Shown: positions 40,692 through 50,996, counted from the first letter of the stretch. The stretch: DNA of 64,000 bases from Thermoplasmata archaeon (GCA_021792255.1 JAJYUZ010000002.1:224001-288000); one strand, 5' to 3'. The notes: generated by a model not told the origin, from the letters alone. Numbers and translations: made by a program.

Positions 40692-40965
40692 CCAGTCCAA
40701 TAAGAGGAAGAAGGATTATTATTGAAAACAGTTCCCTCTTCCACTATCTTCTAACCAGCACACGGAAGTCAAGTCCGACCTAATGTGATGGATGCGAAGA
40801 TAATGCCTGCTAGCAGTATCAGATGATTCCGGATAAAAGTTCGAACACATTTTATGATGATAGCGCCATACGTATCAGCAACTGCAATATTCCGTTCATT
40901 TCTGGCTGAAAGAGAGCTTAAGAACTCATTCGCTTGAATGCGTGATTTTGAAACAACCAAAGCGG

Positions 40966-40990
40966 TATGGACTTGTCCGAGTTTATACCG
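40966..40990 (-). repeat. Decayed copy of tRNA-Pro 3' end (putative att site)
   Basis: tatggacttgtccgagtttataccg vs 47579-47603 tatgggcttgtccggatttgaaccg, 20/25 identical, same orientation. Confidence 0.6.
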
Positions 40991-41363
40991 ATTCAGGTAT
41001 AAGTCCTTAACAAAAAAACCCTCCTTGACTAAACGTTACTCTAAGTCCCGAAGGTACGATGATCATTAAAAACAGCGTATGAAACCCTTTTAAGCTAGGA
41101 AAGAATTGGATGGTTCGTATAGGGAACTGAAATTTCAAAAAAGTAGCTTAAGTCCGTGGACTGCAGATAACCCAGCAACGAATCACGACATAATTAAGCC
41201 ACATATGGTTTGACTTGAGTTTTTTCGGATATTTGTTGTCTTAATCCTGGGTGATAATGGCCGCAAAGGAATCTCCCATAACCATGAAACACTTTTAGGG
41301 CATCCTGCATTTGGAGAGTTTTACTGATTTCTCGTAAAACTATCATTTATAAATAAGTAAATT

Positions 41364-42281
41364 ATGATTATTATGTACGTATCCATGACATCCGTGACAT
41401 ACCAGATCAGTGACATGGAAAAAACCATACTGAAGACGATCTCTGAAGAAGAGGAGATATATGGGTACGACCTCTGGAAAAAACTTTCACTGAAAGGGAT
41501 AAAGTGCCACACAAACCATCTCTACGTTGTTCTGAAAGAGATGGAAAAAAAAGGTATTTTAAAAGGAAGATGGGTGAATGAAGGCGGACATGGCGGTGCA
41601 AAGAGACATCTTTATTCCATAGGAAGTAAAGGGAGAGAAGCTATCAATTCCAGTCTAAAGGATTCCCTCAATCTTCTCATGACGGGCTACTTGAATCATA
41701 TGCGTCAGGTGAAGGACTTTTCAGGATTTGTCAAAGTCTTGATACAGGCATCAACTCAGCTCAGCCTACCTGTTCCAGCCGAAGGAGATCGAATAGTACT
41801 CGCTGTTCCCTATCACGATCCTCTCACATGTTATCAGCTTATTTTTTCCATGACTGACTCCTTCCCTCTTAGCTCTGTTTACCTCGTAACACCGCCCAAA
41901 ATGGAAATTTTTGAGCGGAGATCAAATATGACAGTGCTTCACGGGTGGAGATATGATATGCCCCTTAGGGATGGATTTGCAGATTTCGTAATTCTAGAGG
42001 GTATACCTTCTCAAGCTTCAGAGGAGGAAACGGTAAGAGAGTGCTGTAGGGTCTTACGAAAAGGAGGGAACTTCGTTGCTCAAATCAAGAATACGATGGT
42101 AGAAGAGAAAGTACCGGAATTTCCCTTTTTCTCCGAATACGTGGAAATGTTGTACTATGAGCTCTTTGAGCAGGATAGAAAGGTGAGCATTGAGAAGATG
42201 AGAACGATGCTATCAAAACATTTCGTGGGGGTAAGGGATATTGACATAAATGGAACAACGATGTTCTACGGGAAGACCTGA
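41364..42281 (+). CDS. PadR-type wHTH fused to a degenerate methyltransferase-like domain
   Basis: YGYDL...LY..L..ME..G.L...W......Y.I...G.E; C-terminal MPLRDG.AD.V and E..RVL..GG. Confidence 0.75.
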   Translation: MIIMYVSMTSVTYQISDMEKTILKTISEEEEIYGYDLWKKLSLKGIKCHTNHLYVVLKEMEKKGILKGRWVNEGGHGGAKRHLYSIGSKGREAINSSLKDSLNLLMTGYLNHMRQVKDFSGFVKVLIQASTQLSLPVPAEGDRIVLAVPYHDPLTCYQLIFSMTDSFPLSSVYLVTPPKMEIFERRSNMTVLHGWRYDMPLRDGFADFVILEGIPSQASEEETVRECCRVLRKGGNFVAQIKNTMVEEKVPEFPFFSEYVEMLYYELFEQDRKVSIEKMRTMLSKHFVGVRDIDINGTTMFYGKT

Positions 42282-42586
42282 CACCCAAATATTAACTCAG
42301 GCAATCATTTTAACTTCAAAATTTTAAGCTGTTTCCTGAAATTTGGGAGAATTAGAAACATTCGCAGCGGCTTGAAAGAATTCTATACAATCAGAATTTC
42401 ACTACTCGGACGACTATTTTTTTAAATGATTCAAGCAGGGTGAATTTGGTTGAAGAGTAATCTGTGTTTCTTGCAAAACCATTCATTCAGACAGCACATA
42501 TGTAAGTCTATCGTACTCTGTGGCGTTTACTTATCAGGTTAATAACTACAAAAGAGTATAAACCTTGAAAATAGGAGAGACGGAAA

Positions 42587-43027
42587 TTGGAAAGTTCAAC
42601 TAAGGGGAACGACACAAATGGCAAACAAATACGGGCGGCAAGCGGTCAACTTATCGGGGACGGCAACATCGAGATTGCAGGAGCAGTTTTCGTTATGATA
42701 GTCTTTGGAATTATCAATGTTGTCTCTGCGGTTCAGTTCATGTATTTCTTCGGTTTTCATGGGCTTGCTCAGACGGGTATTCCAACTAGTATTGTTTTTG
42801 GGGCTTTGCTCTTTGTATCGGCTTATTTTGGTTTGAAATTTAAATTGTGGGCATTCGTGGTCCCGATAGTTCTAGGTGCGATAGACATAATGCTTACACC
42901 GGTTGTTGATGGCTTCAACAATAACATCCCTGTTTGGGATACTATCTTACTTGTAGCTGGATTCTTAACTTTTTACACAAGTTTTCTGGGATTAGTGAAA
43001 GTGCGATCACTACACTACCAGACTTAG
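42587..43027 (+). CDS. Hypothetical 4-TM membrane protein
   Basis: Four hydrophobic segments; AGGAG upstream of TTG. Confidence 0.7.
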   Translation: MESSTKGNDTNGKQIRAASGQLIGDGNIEIAGAVFVMIVFGIINVVSAVQFMYFFGFHGLAQTGIPTSIVFGALLFVSAYFGLKFKLWAFVVPIVLGAIDIMLTPVVDGFNNNIPVWDTILLVAGFLTFYTSFLGLVKVRSLHYQT

Positions 43028-43488
43028 GAAATTATATTTGGCTTAATTAATGAATTAGTACTACAATCTCGTTCTTATTACTTGAACAGAAGTTCCTTCA
43101 AGAAATGGAATACTCGATCGCAGAATTAGTAGAGTGGGCTTCACTAATTTTTCAGTTTCTAGTAATCTATAGAATATCTAACAACTCAATGGATTGTGCC
43201 CGTATCTCCTCCGGAATCAGCTCATCTTAAAAGGTAAAAGGATGGCGTAGCAGAAGGTATATTACAGGAAACAATCACAGGTTTCGAACTAGTTAAATCC
43301 AAGGAACTAGAGAGATATAATTGAAACGATGATGGGACCTAGATTGAAAGGAGGCGGAAATAAGGTTCAATTGACGGACAAATAATTGGCCTATATGTAA
43401 TCAGAACGTACTGATATCTCCTTACATACGACGTTATAAACGAGCTGGAATTGATATTTTAGCAGCAAGACTGCAGGGATTGTGAAAG

Positions 43489-43962
43489 ATGCCAAAATTT
43501 ACGAAGAGTATAGATATTTCAACATCCCCGGAAAGGGTGTTCGATTTTGTTTCCAAACTTGATTCTACAGAATATGCAAAGCTCAACATGATAGAGATGA
43601 AGGTAGAAAAGATCACTAAGGGAAAGACTGCAAAGGGAACAATATTCCATTTCTCAAATAAAGTACCAGGGATGTCTAAGAGTCTTGAACAGGACTCAGA
43701 AATGTTAGAGTGGGATCCTCCAAAGAAGTTTACAACAATGGTCAAGAATGGGCCTCTCAAGGGGACAACGTTTGAATACAAGGTAGAAGAAAAGGGGAAT
43801 GGAGGGACTAAATTTAAGGGGACAGTTGATTTCAAAATGAACGACAGCCTGGAGGGAATCTCTGAAAAAGATGCGTTTCAGCTACTGGATAAACAATGGG
43901 ATGAATTCGTCAAGAGGCTGAAATCCGTCCTTGAGAAAAATAAGGAAAATGACAGACAATGA
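43489..43962 (+). CDS. SRPBCC (START-like) ligand-binding protein
   Basis: S.DI...PE.VFDFV, G..F, EWDPP..F, L..LK..LE. Confidence 0.85.
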   Translation: MPKFTKSIDISTSPERVFDFVSKLDSTEYAKLNMIEMKVEKITKGKTAKGTIFHFSNKVPGMSKSLEQDSEMLEWDPPKKFTTMVKNGPLKGTTFEYKVEEKGNGGTKFKGTVDFKMNDSLEGISEKDAFQLLDKQWDEFVKRLKSVLEKNKENDRQ

Positions 43963-44497
43963 GGCGGAAATAATGGAAAAAGGTTCGTTTCAAATTGGTC
44001 AATTGTATGGTAGGCGGTTTATAATAATTTCCCTTATCTACTTCATAATAGGCACTACCTGGATGGGACCTATAGGGACGATCTTGCCAGGACCATCAGG
44101 TGTGGCAGGAAATGTTTATGATACTGCGCACTGGCATGTTGTTTTCGTGGGGTTTCTTGCATTCTTTATTCTCGGCTCCCTATATTACACCGCACCAAGG
44201 TTGGGTGGGAAGGATATGTACAGCAAAAGGCTTGCGTCCATTCACTTTTGGGGTTCAAACGTGTTGTTCCCAATGGCAGTTGTACTTTTCACGTGGATTG
44301 CGTTCGCTTTCGAGAACGTACTGAACTCGCCAACATTCAGTGTTTCTTCCATGCCTTCATCATTACTCTTAACATACTTCACTGTGCTCATCATAATGTT
44401 TGTAGGAATAGGACTTCAGGGTGTCATGGCTTACAACGTTTTCATGACCTTGAGAACTTTACTTCCAAGACAAGGAGAGCATGCAGTCACCAGATGA
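43949..44497 (+). CDS. Small membrane protein resembling the C-terminal helices of heme-copper oxidase subunit I
   Basis: AHWH....GF......G.LYY..PRL.G...YS.RLA..HFW; only ~4 TM. Confidence 0.7.
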   Translation: MTDNEAEIMEKGSFQIGQLYGRRFIIISLIYFIIGTTWMGPIGTILPGPSGVAGNVYDTAHWHVVFVGFLAFFILGSLYYTAPRLGGKDMYSKRLASIHFWGSNVLFPMAVVLFTWIAFAFENVLNSPTFSVSSMPSSLLLTYFTVLIIMFVGIGLQGVMAYNVFMTLRTLLPRQGEHAVTR

Positions 44498-44870
44498 ATC
44501 AGCTTTCCACAATAGAAATGAAGAGTTCATTGAGAAGATAAGTCGCTACTCCGAATTCGTGATTTCGGATGAAATAAGCTATGTCCACAGGAAGGCTAGG
44601 ATTTTGGGAGATGATGAGAAATTATTCTACGAAGTGCTGAATGCACTCTCCAACAAACTGCTAGACCCAATCATAGAATCCTTAAGAATAGGGGGCTCTC
44701 AGGACAATTTATTCGCAGAGAATTTAAGTGGGATAATCGACCGAAGATATCCTGAATACTTTAGGGATGTGGAAATTGAATTCCCTGAATCCGAACACCT
44801 AACAGCCGAGTTTGGGTCCAGAGAAGGCCGCAAAACGACGTTTCCCAATGGAACCGATGGTAGGGAATGA
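44481..44870 (+). CDS. Hypothetical protein resembling the glutamyl-tRNA reductase dimerisation domain
   Basis: Helical E.....E.....K ... L.NKLL.P....LR pattern; overlaps both neighbours. Confidence 0.45.
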   Translation: MQSPDESAFHNRNEEFIEKISRYSEFVISDEISYVHRKARILGDDEKLFYEVLNALSNKLLDPIIESLRIGGSQDNLFAENLSGIIDRRYPEYFRDVEIEFPESEHLTAEFGSREGRKTTFPNGTDGRE

Positions 44871-45352
44871 ACTACGTATCTCTTATATTACTCTGGCTCC
44901 ACGTGTTTTTTGTAGTACTTTGGTTAGGAGGATTTCTCTTTCAAATTATAGTCATATTTCCTGCGCTATCTTCCCTTTCCTCTCAGGGTAGAATGGAACT
45001 ATTTCAGAAGGTTATTGGCAGGGGAGAAAGAGTGTTTGTGCCTGTTATGGGTTTAACACTACTGTTTGGTTTCATCCTTCTGGTAGCTATGTTCGGGTTG
45101 AATCTTAGAATCCTTCTTAACTCGAGGCCCTGGATATATCTGATCTCTGGGGGTTTGCTTGGACTCATTGCGTTTCTAAAGTTTATTTTCATAGACAGAC
45201 GAGGGATAGTAGCCTTGACTTCTGGGAAGGGTGGAGAGGCAGCATTTTCTGGGTCGAGCAGACCGCCGCCATCAATGATAATCCTGCTTGTCATGCAGCT
45301 ACTGTTGTTGATGGGTGCCTTTACCCTTATGATAATAGGGGCAAATTTTTGA
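44867..45352 (+). CDS. CopD/DUF2269-like 4-TM membrane protein
   Basis: LHV....LWLGG..F...V..PAL N-terminal motif; ATGA overlap. Confidence 0.7.
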   Translation: MNYVSLILLWLHVFFVVLWLGGFLFQIIVIFPALSSLSSQGRMELFQKVIGRGERVFVPVMGLTLLFGFILLVAMFGLNLRILLNSRPWIYLISGGLLGLIAFLKFIFIDRRGIVALTSGKGGEAAFSGSSRPPPSMIILLVMQLLLLMGAFTLMIIGANF

Positions 45353-45593
45353 GTATTCCTAGAGAAATCGGAGAGGGTGTACTTTGTACCCCTTCCTTTT
45401 AACGGGCTTAAGCTCCCTCTTGCACATGTTCTAATCAGACGGTCATCACTTTCACAAGAAATACACATCTGAAAACCTCTTTCTGTATCCCCGTACTACG
45501 GGCCCCCCTCAAGTATAGTGAGCAACCTGAATATTCCGGAGAGTAGTTCTATAATTAAGGGGGAAATTATGTGAGCCTCTAGTCAAGCCCCTC

Positions 45594-46073
45594 TTATTGC
45601 CTAACAGGGTCAAGCGAGGCAGTCTCCCCCCGTCTTCCATTACCAGATTTAGATGACGACGTCCAACTCTTCACACTGAATATCGCCAGAAACACATCGA
45701 CCGGCAATATAGCGAAATCACTGAAATCAGGGCGTCCGCCGCCCATCAGGATTATAGTCGGTACAAGTATAATGAGGGTAACAGAATAGAAGGTGGAAGC
45801 GATTAAACCTGCCCTACTCCGCTTCCATGTAAAGTACATTATCGGAACCCAGACTGCGGCTGCAATAACAAAGCGTAGTACTAACAAAAGACTCGGCATC
45901 TGTTCATGCGGTAAGTACTCAGAAATAGAACCTGGTGAGAACATCACCACCAAATACCACGGAGCCAAGAGGAACTGCATCATGGCAACGAAAAACTGGA
46001 AAAAAAATGTAGCATGCAGCCAAGTTACATCTTGAGTGTATCGTCGTTGCAAGGTCTGAGCAGAGAACTCCAT
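45594..46073 (-). CDS. Hypothetical membrane protein
   Basis: Four hydrophobic segments. Confidence 0.65.
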   Translation of the reverse strand: MEFSAQTLQRRYTQDVTWLHATFFFQFFVAMMQFLLAPWYLVVMFSPGSISEYLPHEQMPSLLLVLRFVIAAAVWVPIMYFTWKRSRAGLIASTFYSVTLIILVPTIILMGGGRPDFSDFAILPVDVFLAIFSVKSWTSSSKSGNGRRGETASLDPVRQ

Positions 46074-46331
46074 TGTTCTTTCTCGTGTTTATGATCCAGC
46101 GCAATAAATTTGTTTGCCGAGAAAAATTCGGGAAAACGTCTGCTTGTTTCTATATTCATCGAAAGAGATCCTTGGCTGTAACTCTAACGATCGCATTGCT
46201 CAAAAGTGGCTTTCGTATTGACAATTAGAGAAAAGAGAAAGGCTAACAAAATTGAGTTCCTTTGTCGATCTATAGTATATCAAATTTAGTCATATTTATA
46301 ATCTTAATGTACATTTATTTGTGAAACTTGA

Positions 46332-47294
46332 ATGGATGATTTAGACATTAAGATACTGCGGGAATTCATTACAGATGTACCTAATAGGTGTCTTCAACCA
46401 GACGTTACGAAATCGTACATTGCAATATCGAAAAATGTGGGCACTACTGAGGATACGGTCAAGAACAGAGTGGATAAAATGTGCGAGAATGGGATACTCA
46501 GGGGATGGAAACTAGGGGTGAACCCGACATTGTTTCGGTATAGAACAGATTTCTTTTATTTCAGCACGTCTTCTTATAATGAAAAGGATAAAGTTATAGA
46601 GAAGCTCAAGTCTATATCTGGAGTCCTCTGGATTGTTGACTACCTTGGAACATTTGTGGGAGTACTCATATCTTCCAGAGATGAGAAGATGCTTGAAAGA
46701 AAGATGTTGCCAATATTTAGCGTTATTAGTTCTAAGTCATTTGTCCGTGTCAGCAACCAGTTCCCTGAGGTCAAGAAATGTTTGACGACCACAGATTGGA
46801 AACTAATCCGAAGCTTAATGAATGATCCTCGTAAGAAATATTCTGATATCTCTAATGAGCTAGGAATTTCCTCTAGAATGGCTCGAAGAAAATTGAAAAC
46901 GATGATTGAAGAGCATGCATTTTTTATGTTTCCAGATATCAATGTGAGGAAGATAGAGGGAAGGGTAGTAGTTACATACGCAATTTTTTACTCAGACGAC
47001 GTGGGCAAAAAGGAATCGGAGAAAAATTTACTGACAAAGTTTCGAAATTACTTTCTTGTCGCTCTACCCCCTGAAAATGCATACGCAGCCTATACATTCA
47101 TACTTCCAAACCTATCGATAGCCGACAGGATAATGGAATATGTGAATGCGTTGAATGGGGTTAGGACTTCTACCATGAGGCCAATCGTAGACTTTATAAA
47201 CCTCCTAGACAGGACATTTAATAAGGAAATAAGGCAGAAAACCGTAGTAACTCCTCTTTCTCATTCCGCTTCAGGGCATCCTAATCGTTGCTGA
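46332..47294 (+). CDS. Tandem Lrp/AsnC-type regulator (two HTH + effector units)
   Basis: MDDLD.KIL...S...I...G....TV.NR, second D..LI..L..DPR..YS.I..ELG.S. Confidence 0.85.
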   Translation: MDDLDIKILREFITDVPNRCLQPDVTKSYIAISKNVGTTEDTVKNRVDKMCENGILRGWKLGVNPTLFRYRTDFFYFSTSSYNEKDKVIEKLKSISGVLWIVDYLGTFVGVLISSRDEKMLERKMLPIFSVISSKSFVRVSNQFPEVKKCLTTTDWKLIRSLMNDPRKKYSDISNELGISSRMARRKLKTMIEEHAFFMFPDINVRKIEGRVVVTYAIFYSDDVGKKESEKNLLTKFRNYFLVALPPENAYAAYTFILPNLSIADRIMEYVNALNGVRTSTMRPIVDFINLLDRTFNKEIRQKTVVTPLSHSASGHPNRC

Positions 47295-47580
47295 GAGATT
47301 TGCCCTCTTAAACAAGCCTTTTGCTCTCAATACACTAGTTCCAATAACGCAACGATAACCGTTGATGGAGGCAAAACATTCAATTATGCAAATAAATCAT
47401 CAACTACTTTGCCCTGTACTTATTTCAAATCTGGCGCAAGATATCAGGTCATAATGAATGGAACAACAGTACCTTATTTCATTTCTGACGATGATATTAT
47501 CGCCTCTTTAAACGGCTGTTTTGAGGCAGTATCTTCGATTTGCTTTTAAATATGTTTTGGGGTTCAAATCTTCCTATATA

Positions 47581-47655
47581 TGGGCTTGTCCGGATTTGAA
47601 CCGGAGTCTCCGACTCCCGAAGCCGAAAGGATGGACCAATCTACCCCACAAGCCC
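47581..47655 (-). tRNA. tRNA-Pro(CGG)
   Basis: GGGCTTG/CAAGCCC acceptor stem, anticodon arm TCGGC-TTCGGGA-GTCGG, T arm TCCGG-TTCAAAT-CCGGA; no intron, CCA not encoded. Confidence 0.95.
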
Positions 47656-47704
47656 TTGTTGTGGAATTTCAAAGGATTTAAAAACGTTTACTCAATTCCA
47701 TTCT

Positions 47705-48403
47705 GTGAAGAGTAACAGATTTCCCTCTTCAGACGCCCTCATTTTTAACGTATCAGGAGAGATTGTTATGTCCAGCGACCCAGGCAAGACCATAAAGAAG
47801 TGGAGGGAAGAGTTCAACGTGACCCAGAAAGAGCTCTCGGCCAGAATGGGAATGAACACTTCGGTGATAAGCGACTATGAAACGGGTCGGAGAAAGTCTC
47901 CAGGGGCTCAATTCTTGAAGAGTCTGGTGACAGCCCTCGTTGAAATAGACGGAGAAAGGGGGAATCCGGTCGTATGGAAATATTCACTGGGTACAGAGAA
48001 AGACGTGATAATTGACATCAAGGAATTCTTCTACGACGTAGACATCAAAAAGTTCATCAGGATGATCGAAGGAAAAGAGGTCAGTCATCTGGATATCAAG
48101 AGAAGCATAAGGGGATACACGATTCTCGACTCTCTAAATGCTATACTTAAACTCACCTCCTTTGACTACTTTAGAGTATATGGCTGGACTTCAGAAAGAG
48201 CCCTATTTTTCACAAATGTCGAATTTGGAAGATCGCCCATGATTGCCGTGCGAGTCCATCCAATAAAGCCTGCGGTAGTTGTTTACATCAAACCAAAGAG
48301 GATAGACCCTCTTGCAATCAAGCTTGCTGAAATTGAGGGAATTCCGTTGATAACCACTGAACTCTCACCAAACGAAATTAAGGAAAAGATGAAGTCAATC
48401 TAG
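47705..48403 (+). CDS. Conserved archaeal XRE-HTH transcriptional regulator (COG1709-like)
   Basis: GEI.MS..PG.T.KKWRE, ISDYE.GRRKSPG, GRSPMIA.R. Confidence 0.88.
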   Translation: MKSNRFPSSDALIFNVSGEIVMSSDPGKTIKKWREEFNVTQKELSARMGMNTSVISDYETGRRKSPGAQFLKSLVTALVEIDGERGNPVVWKYSLGTEKDVIIDIKEFFYDVDIKKFIRMIEGKEVSHLDIKRSIRGYTILDSLNAILKLTSFDYFRVYGWTSERALFFTNVEFGRSPMIAVRVHPIKPAVVVYIKPKRIDPLAIKLAEIEGIPLITTELSPNEIKEKMKSI

Positions 48404-49326
48404 TTCAGCAATCTGTTCAGATACCAGTCGAGACTGAACTGAACTAGATCTGAATAGGTCTGCCCAGTTCCGATGTAGAGAATTGGTTTCTTCGTCTCCG
48501 AAAGGAGGGATATCACGCACCCACCCTTTGCATCAGCATCGATCTTGGTGACAATGTATCCGTTTATCCCAACGGCTTCATCGAACAGCTTTGCCTGAGT
48601 CAGTACATCAGTTCCCGATAGGGCATCGAGCGTGAGGAGAATCAGATCAGGACTTGAAATTCTCTTTATCTTCTTCATCTCTTCTAGGAGGTTCTTGTTG
48701 TTTTGCATCCTTCCTGCGGTATCGATCAGTACGACAGACTTTTCGATCTTTGAGGCGTGCTTTACAGCATCGAATGAGACCGCTGCAGGATCGCCTCCTG
48801 CCTGGTGCTTTATAACTTTCACTCCAATCTTTTCACCGTGGAGGGCGATCTGTTCTATGGCTCCTGCCCTGAAAGTATCGGAAGCAGCTATTACCACGTA
48901 GTATCCTTTTTCTTTGAAATTTTCAGCGATTTTTGCAATCGATGTCGTCTTGCCAGTCCCGTTCATACCCACGAACATCACGACGAAAGGTGACTTCTTG
49001 CTTGCCATCTCTACCAGGTCAATAGGTGTCACAGCAGCAATTTCCTTTAACGTAGTCCGGACAGCCTCCTTGAAGACTGCATTCCTATCGCCCTTCAACC
49101 TTACGCTCTTGTCGTCAAGTTTCTTCAGTAGTATGTTTGAGATCCTGTCCGCAACGGGCAGAGCGACGTCCGCCTCGATTAAAGAGATCTTGAGGTTTGC
49201 TGCGATCTCATTTAAGTCCTTGGAGGAAGTGCCAATGCTGTCCGCAATCCCGCCATCGTCTCTAGTTACCGTCGGAGTTTCGTCCTTCTTCGAGAGCCCT
49301 AGTTTTTCCTTGAGCTTTTCAAACAT
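48400..49326 (-). CDS. ftsY: SRP receptor FtsY
   Basis: G.NG.GKTT, DTFRAGA, DTAGR, TKIDADAKGG, G.GQ. Confidence 0.96.
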   Translation of the reverse strand: MFEKLKEKLGLSKKDETPTVTRDDGGIADSIGTSSKDLNEIAANLKISLIEADVALPVADRISNILLKKLDDKSVRLKGDRNAVFKEAVRTTLKEIAAVTPIDLVEMASKKSPFVVMFVGMNGTGKTTSIAKIAENFKEKGYYVVIAASDTFRAGAIEQIALHGEKIGVKVIKHQAGGDPAAVSFDAVKHASKIEKSVVLIDTAGRMQNNKNLLEEMKKIKRISSPDLILLTLDALSGTDVLTQAKLFDEAVGINGYIVTKIDADAKGGCVISLLSETKKPILYIGTGQTYSDLVQFSLDWYLNRLLN

Positions 49327-49330
49327 TCAT

Positions 49331-49735
49331 TCACTTTTTGTAAACTTTGTTTAAATAATCTTCTAACTGAGCGTACCTCTGCTGGAGATCTTCTTCCGAT
49401 TTCCGACTGCTCTCTAAGGCCTTTGCGGCATCATTTTTCCTCTCTTCCAAGATGCTGAGGGCATCTTTCACAGTGGCCTTTTTGTAGGCATTGGAGCCTA
49501 TATTCACCACGACTCTTTCCTTGTTCTTTACCTCTCCCTCTATATAGAGTCCCCTCCCGATTGGTATGAGGGAATCACCCTCTACTTGAGACATATTTTT
49601 CAAGAAGTCAGTCGTACTGACCAAATCCTGAAGAATTACGGCTAGAGACTGGATCTGTCCTTCTATCTCCTCTAACTGCTGTCTGATTACTTCCATGCTG
49701 TACACAATCTGGTCGATCTTTGCGTCCTGTGTCAT
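49331..49735 (-). CDS. pfdA: Prefoldin alpha subunit
   Basis: Coiled coils flanking LIPIG.G and V.IG hairpins; adjacent to ftsY. Confidence 0.9.
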   Translation of the reverse strand: MTQDAKIDQIVYSMEVIRQQLEEIEGQIQSLAVILQDLVSTTDFLKNMSQVEGDSLIPIGRGLYIEGEVKNKERVVVNIGSNAYKKATVKDALSILEERKNDAAKALESSRKSEEDLQQRYAQLEDYLNKVYKK

Positions 49736-50983
49736 TTATTCTCCTCCAAATTTTTTCTTAGAAACCATCAACGATTCTATCCCCGGCATGGGCTCACCAG
49801 CAAGATAGCTAATGAGGGCCCCCCCTCCAGTTGATATGTGGTCTATATCGCTCCCGTTAATGCCCATTTTCTCAAGGGCAGCAAGAGTGTGTCCTCCGCC
49901 GGCGACCTTGTAGCCCGAAGATTTAGCTACCATAGAGAAAATTTCCTCAGTGCCCGCTGTGAATTCCTCCAGTTCGAAGACTCCCATCGGCCCATTCAGC
50001 ATTATGGCATCTGAATTCTTAATCTGAGATGCATATGATGCTATCGTATCCACTCCAATGTCCATTGCAGGTAGATCCCTCCTGAAATCATCGATCTTGT
50101 AGTGCTTGACTTTTCCATTCTCATTACCCAGAAAGTCGATAGGCATTAGGATAGAATCCCCGTAACCCCCAAGCAAGATTTCGGCTTCCTTCAGAACAGC
50201 GTCGTAATTGCTTACTTCCTTCCTCAACACTTCCTCATTCTTCTTCCCTAGATCCATTCCATTCGCAGAAAGGAAAACGTGTCCAACGAGTCCTCCAGTC
50301 ATGACTTTGTCCAGTTTCCCTTCTTTTAGCATTTTGCCTATGATCTTGATGGAGTCGTCAGCCTTGGCACCGCCAAATATGCCAATCCTGTTCCTGCCTT
50401 TTATTGCAAAGAACCTCTCTATACCGAGGATTTCGTTCTCCATAAGCTTTCCAGCAATGTTTGGCATCATTTCACTGAAGCCTACAAGAGTTACGTTACT
50501 CCTATGAGCCGCTGCAAATGCATCGTTGACGAAGTACTCCGCACGACTCGCGAGGTTCCTGACTATGTGTGTCTTTTTCATCACTTCTAGCTTCTCTTCT
50601 GCCAGGACCACTTCTTCCGAAAAGAACCTCGTATTTTCCAGCATTAGGATGTCCCCAGGTTCAGAGGCATCTATCTCCTCTAAGGTCTGGTCGTCGAACA
50701 CTCCGTTCAGGAACTTTACCCTCCGCTTCAGCATGTTCGAAAGGTGAGAGGCATGGGCTCTCAGGCTTACGAAATCGTTCTTTCCTGGTCTACTCTGGTG
50801 GGCGAGAATAGTGACTTTCGACTTTGAAAGTGCGTCGATGGTCTCCTGGTGTGCTCTGAAGCGCGAATCGTCGAGTATGTTTCCAGTCTTGGGATCGATA
50901 GGAGAGTTGATGTCGATTCTCAGGAGAATGGACTTGCCTGCTAGGTCAAAATCGTTTAAAGTGAAGAAGGGAAGCTGGGTCAT
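49736..50983 (-). CDS. pgk: Phosphoglycerate kinase
   Basis: R.D.NSP, HQSRPG, LEN.RF, NDAF..AHR, NGP.GVFE, STGGGA. Confidence 0.97.
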   Translation of the reverse strand: MTQLPFFTLNDFDLAGKSILLRIDINSPIDPKTGNILDDSRFRAHQETIDALSKSKVTILAHQSRPGKNDFVSLRAHASHLSNMLKRRVKFLNGVFDDQTLEEIDASEPGDILMLENTRFFSEEVVLAEEKLEVMKKTHIVRNLASRAEYFVNDAFAAAHRSNVTLVGFSEMMPNIAGKLMENEILGIERFFAIKGRNRIGIFGGAKADDSIKIIGKMLKEGKLDKVMTGGLVGHVFLSANGMDLGKKNEEVLRKEVSNYDAVLKEAEILLGGYGDSILMPIDFLGNENGKVKHYKIDDFRRDLPAMDIGVDTIASYASQIKNSDAIMLNGPMGVFELEEFTAGTEEIFSMVAKSSGYKVAGGGHTLAALEKMGINGSDIDHISTGGGALISYLAGEPMPGIESLMVSKKKFGGE

Positions 50984-50996
50984 ACTACCTGATTTT

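Noticed and set aside
45353-45593. Small hairpins between convergent genes (possible IS200/IS605 ends)
   Set aside because: Short stems that could be terminators or chance; no tnpA/tnpB nearby.
47292-47294. Selenocysteine or read-through at the Lrp gene TGA
   Set aside because: The downstream frame looks like an unrelated secreted-protein remnant; no SECIS-like evidence.
46332-47294. AhbA/AhbB siroheme decarboxylase given the nearby heme-like genes
   Set aside because: The conserved H.Y.R motif is not visible; a tandem Lrp regulator is the simpler call.
47521-47715. 64 aa ORF
   Set aside because: Antisense to tRNA-Pro.
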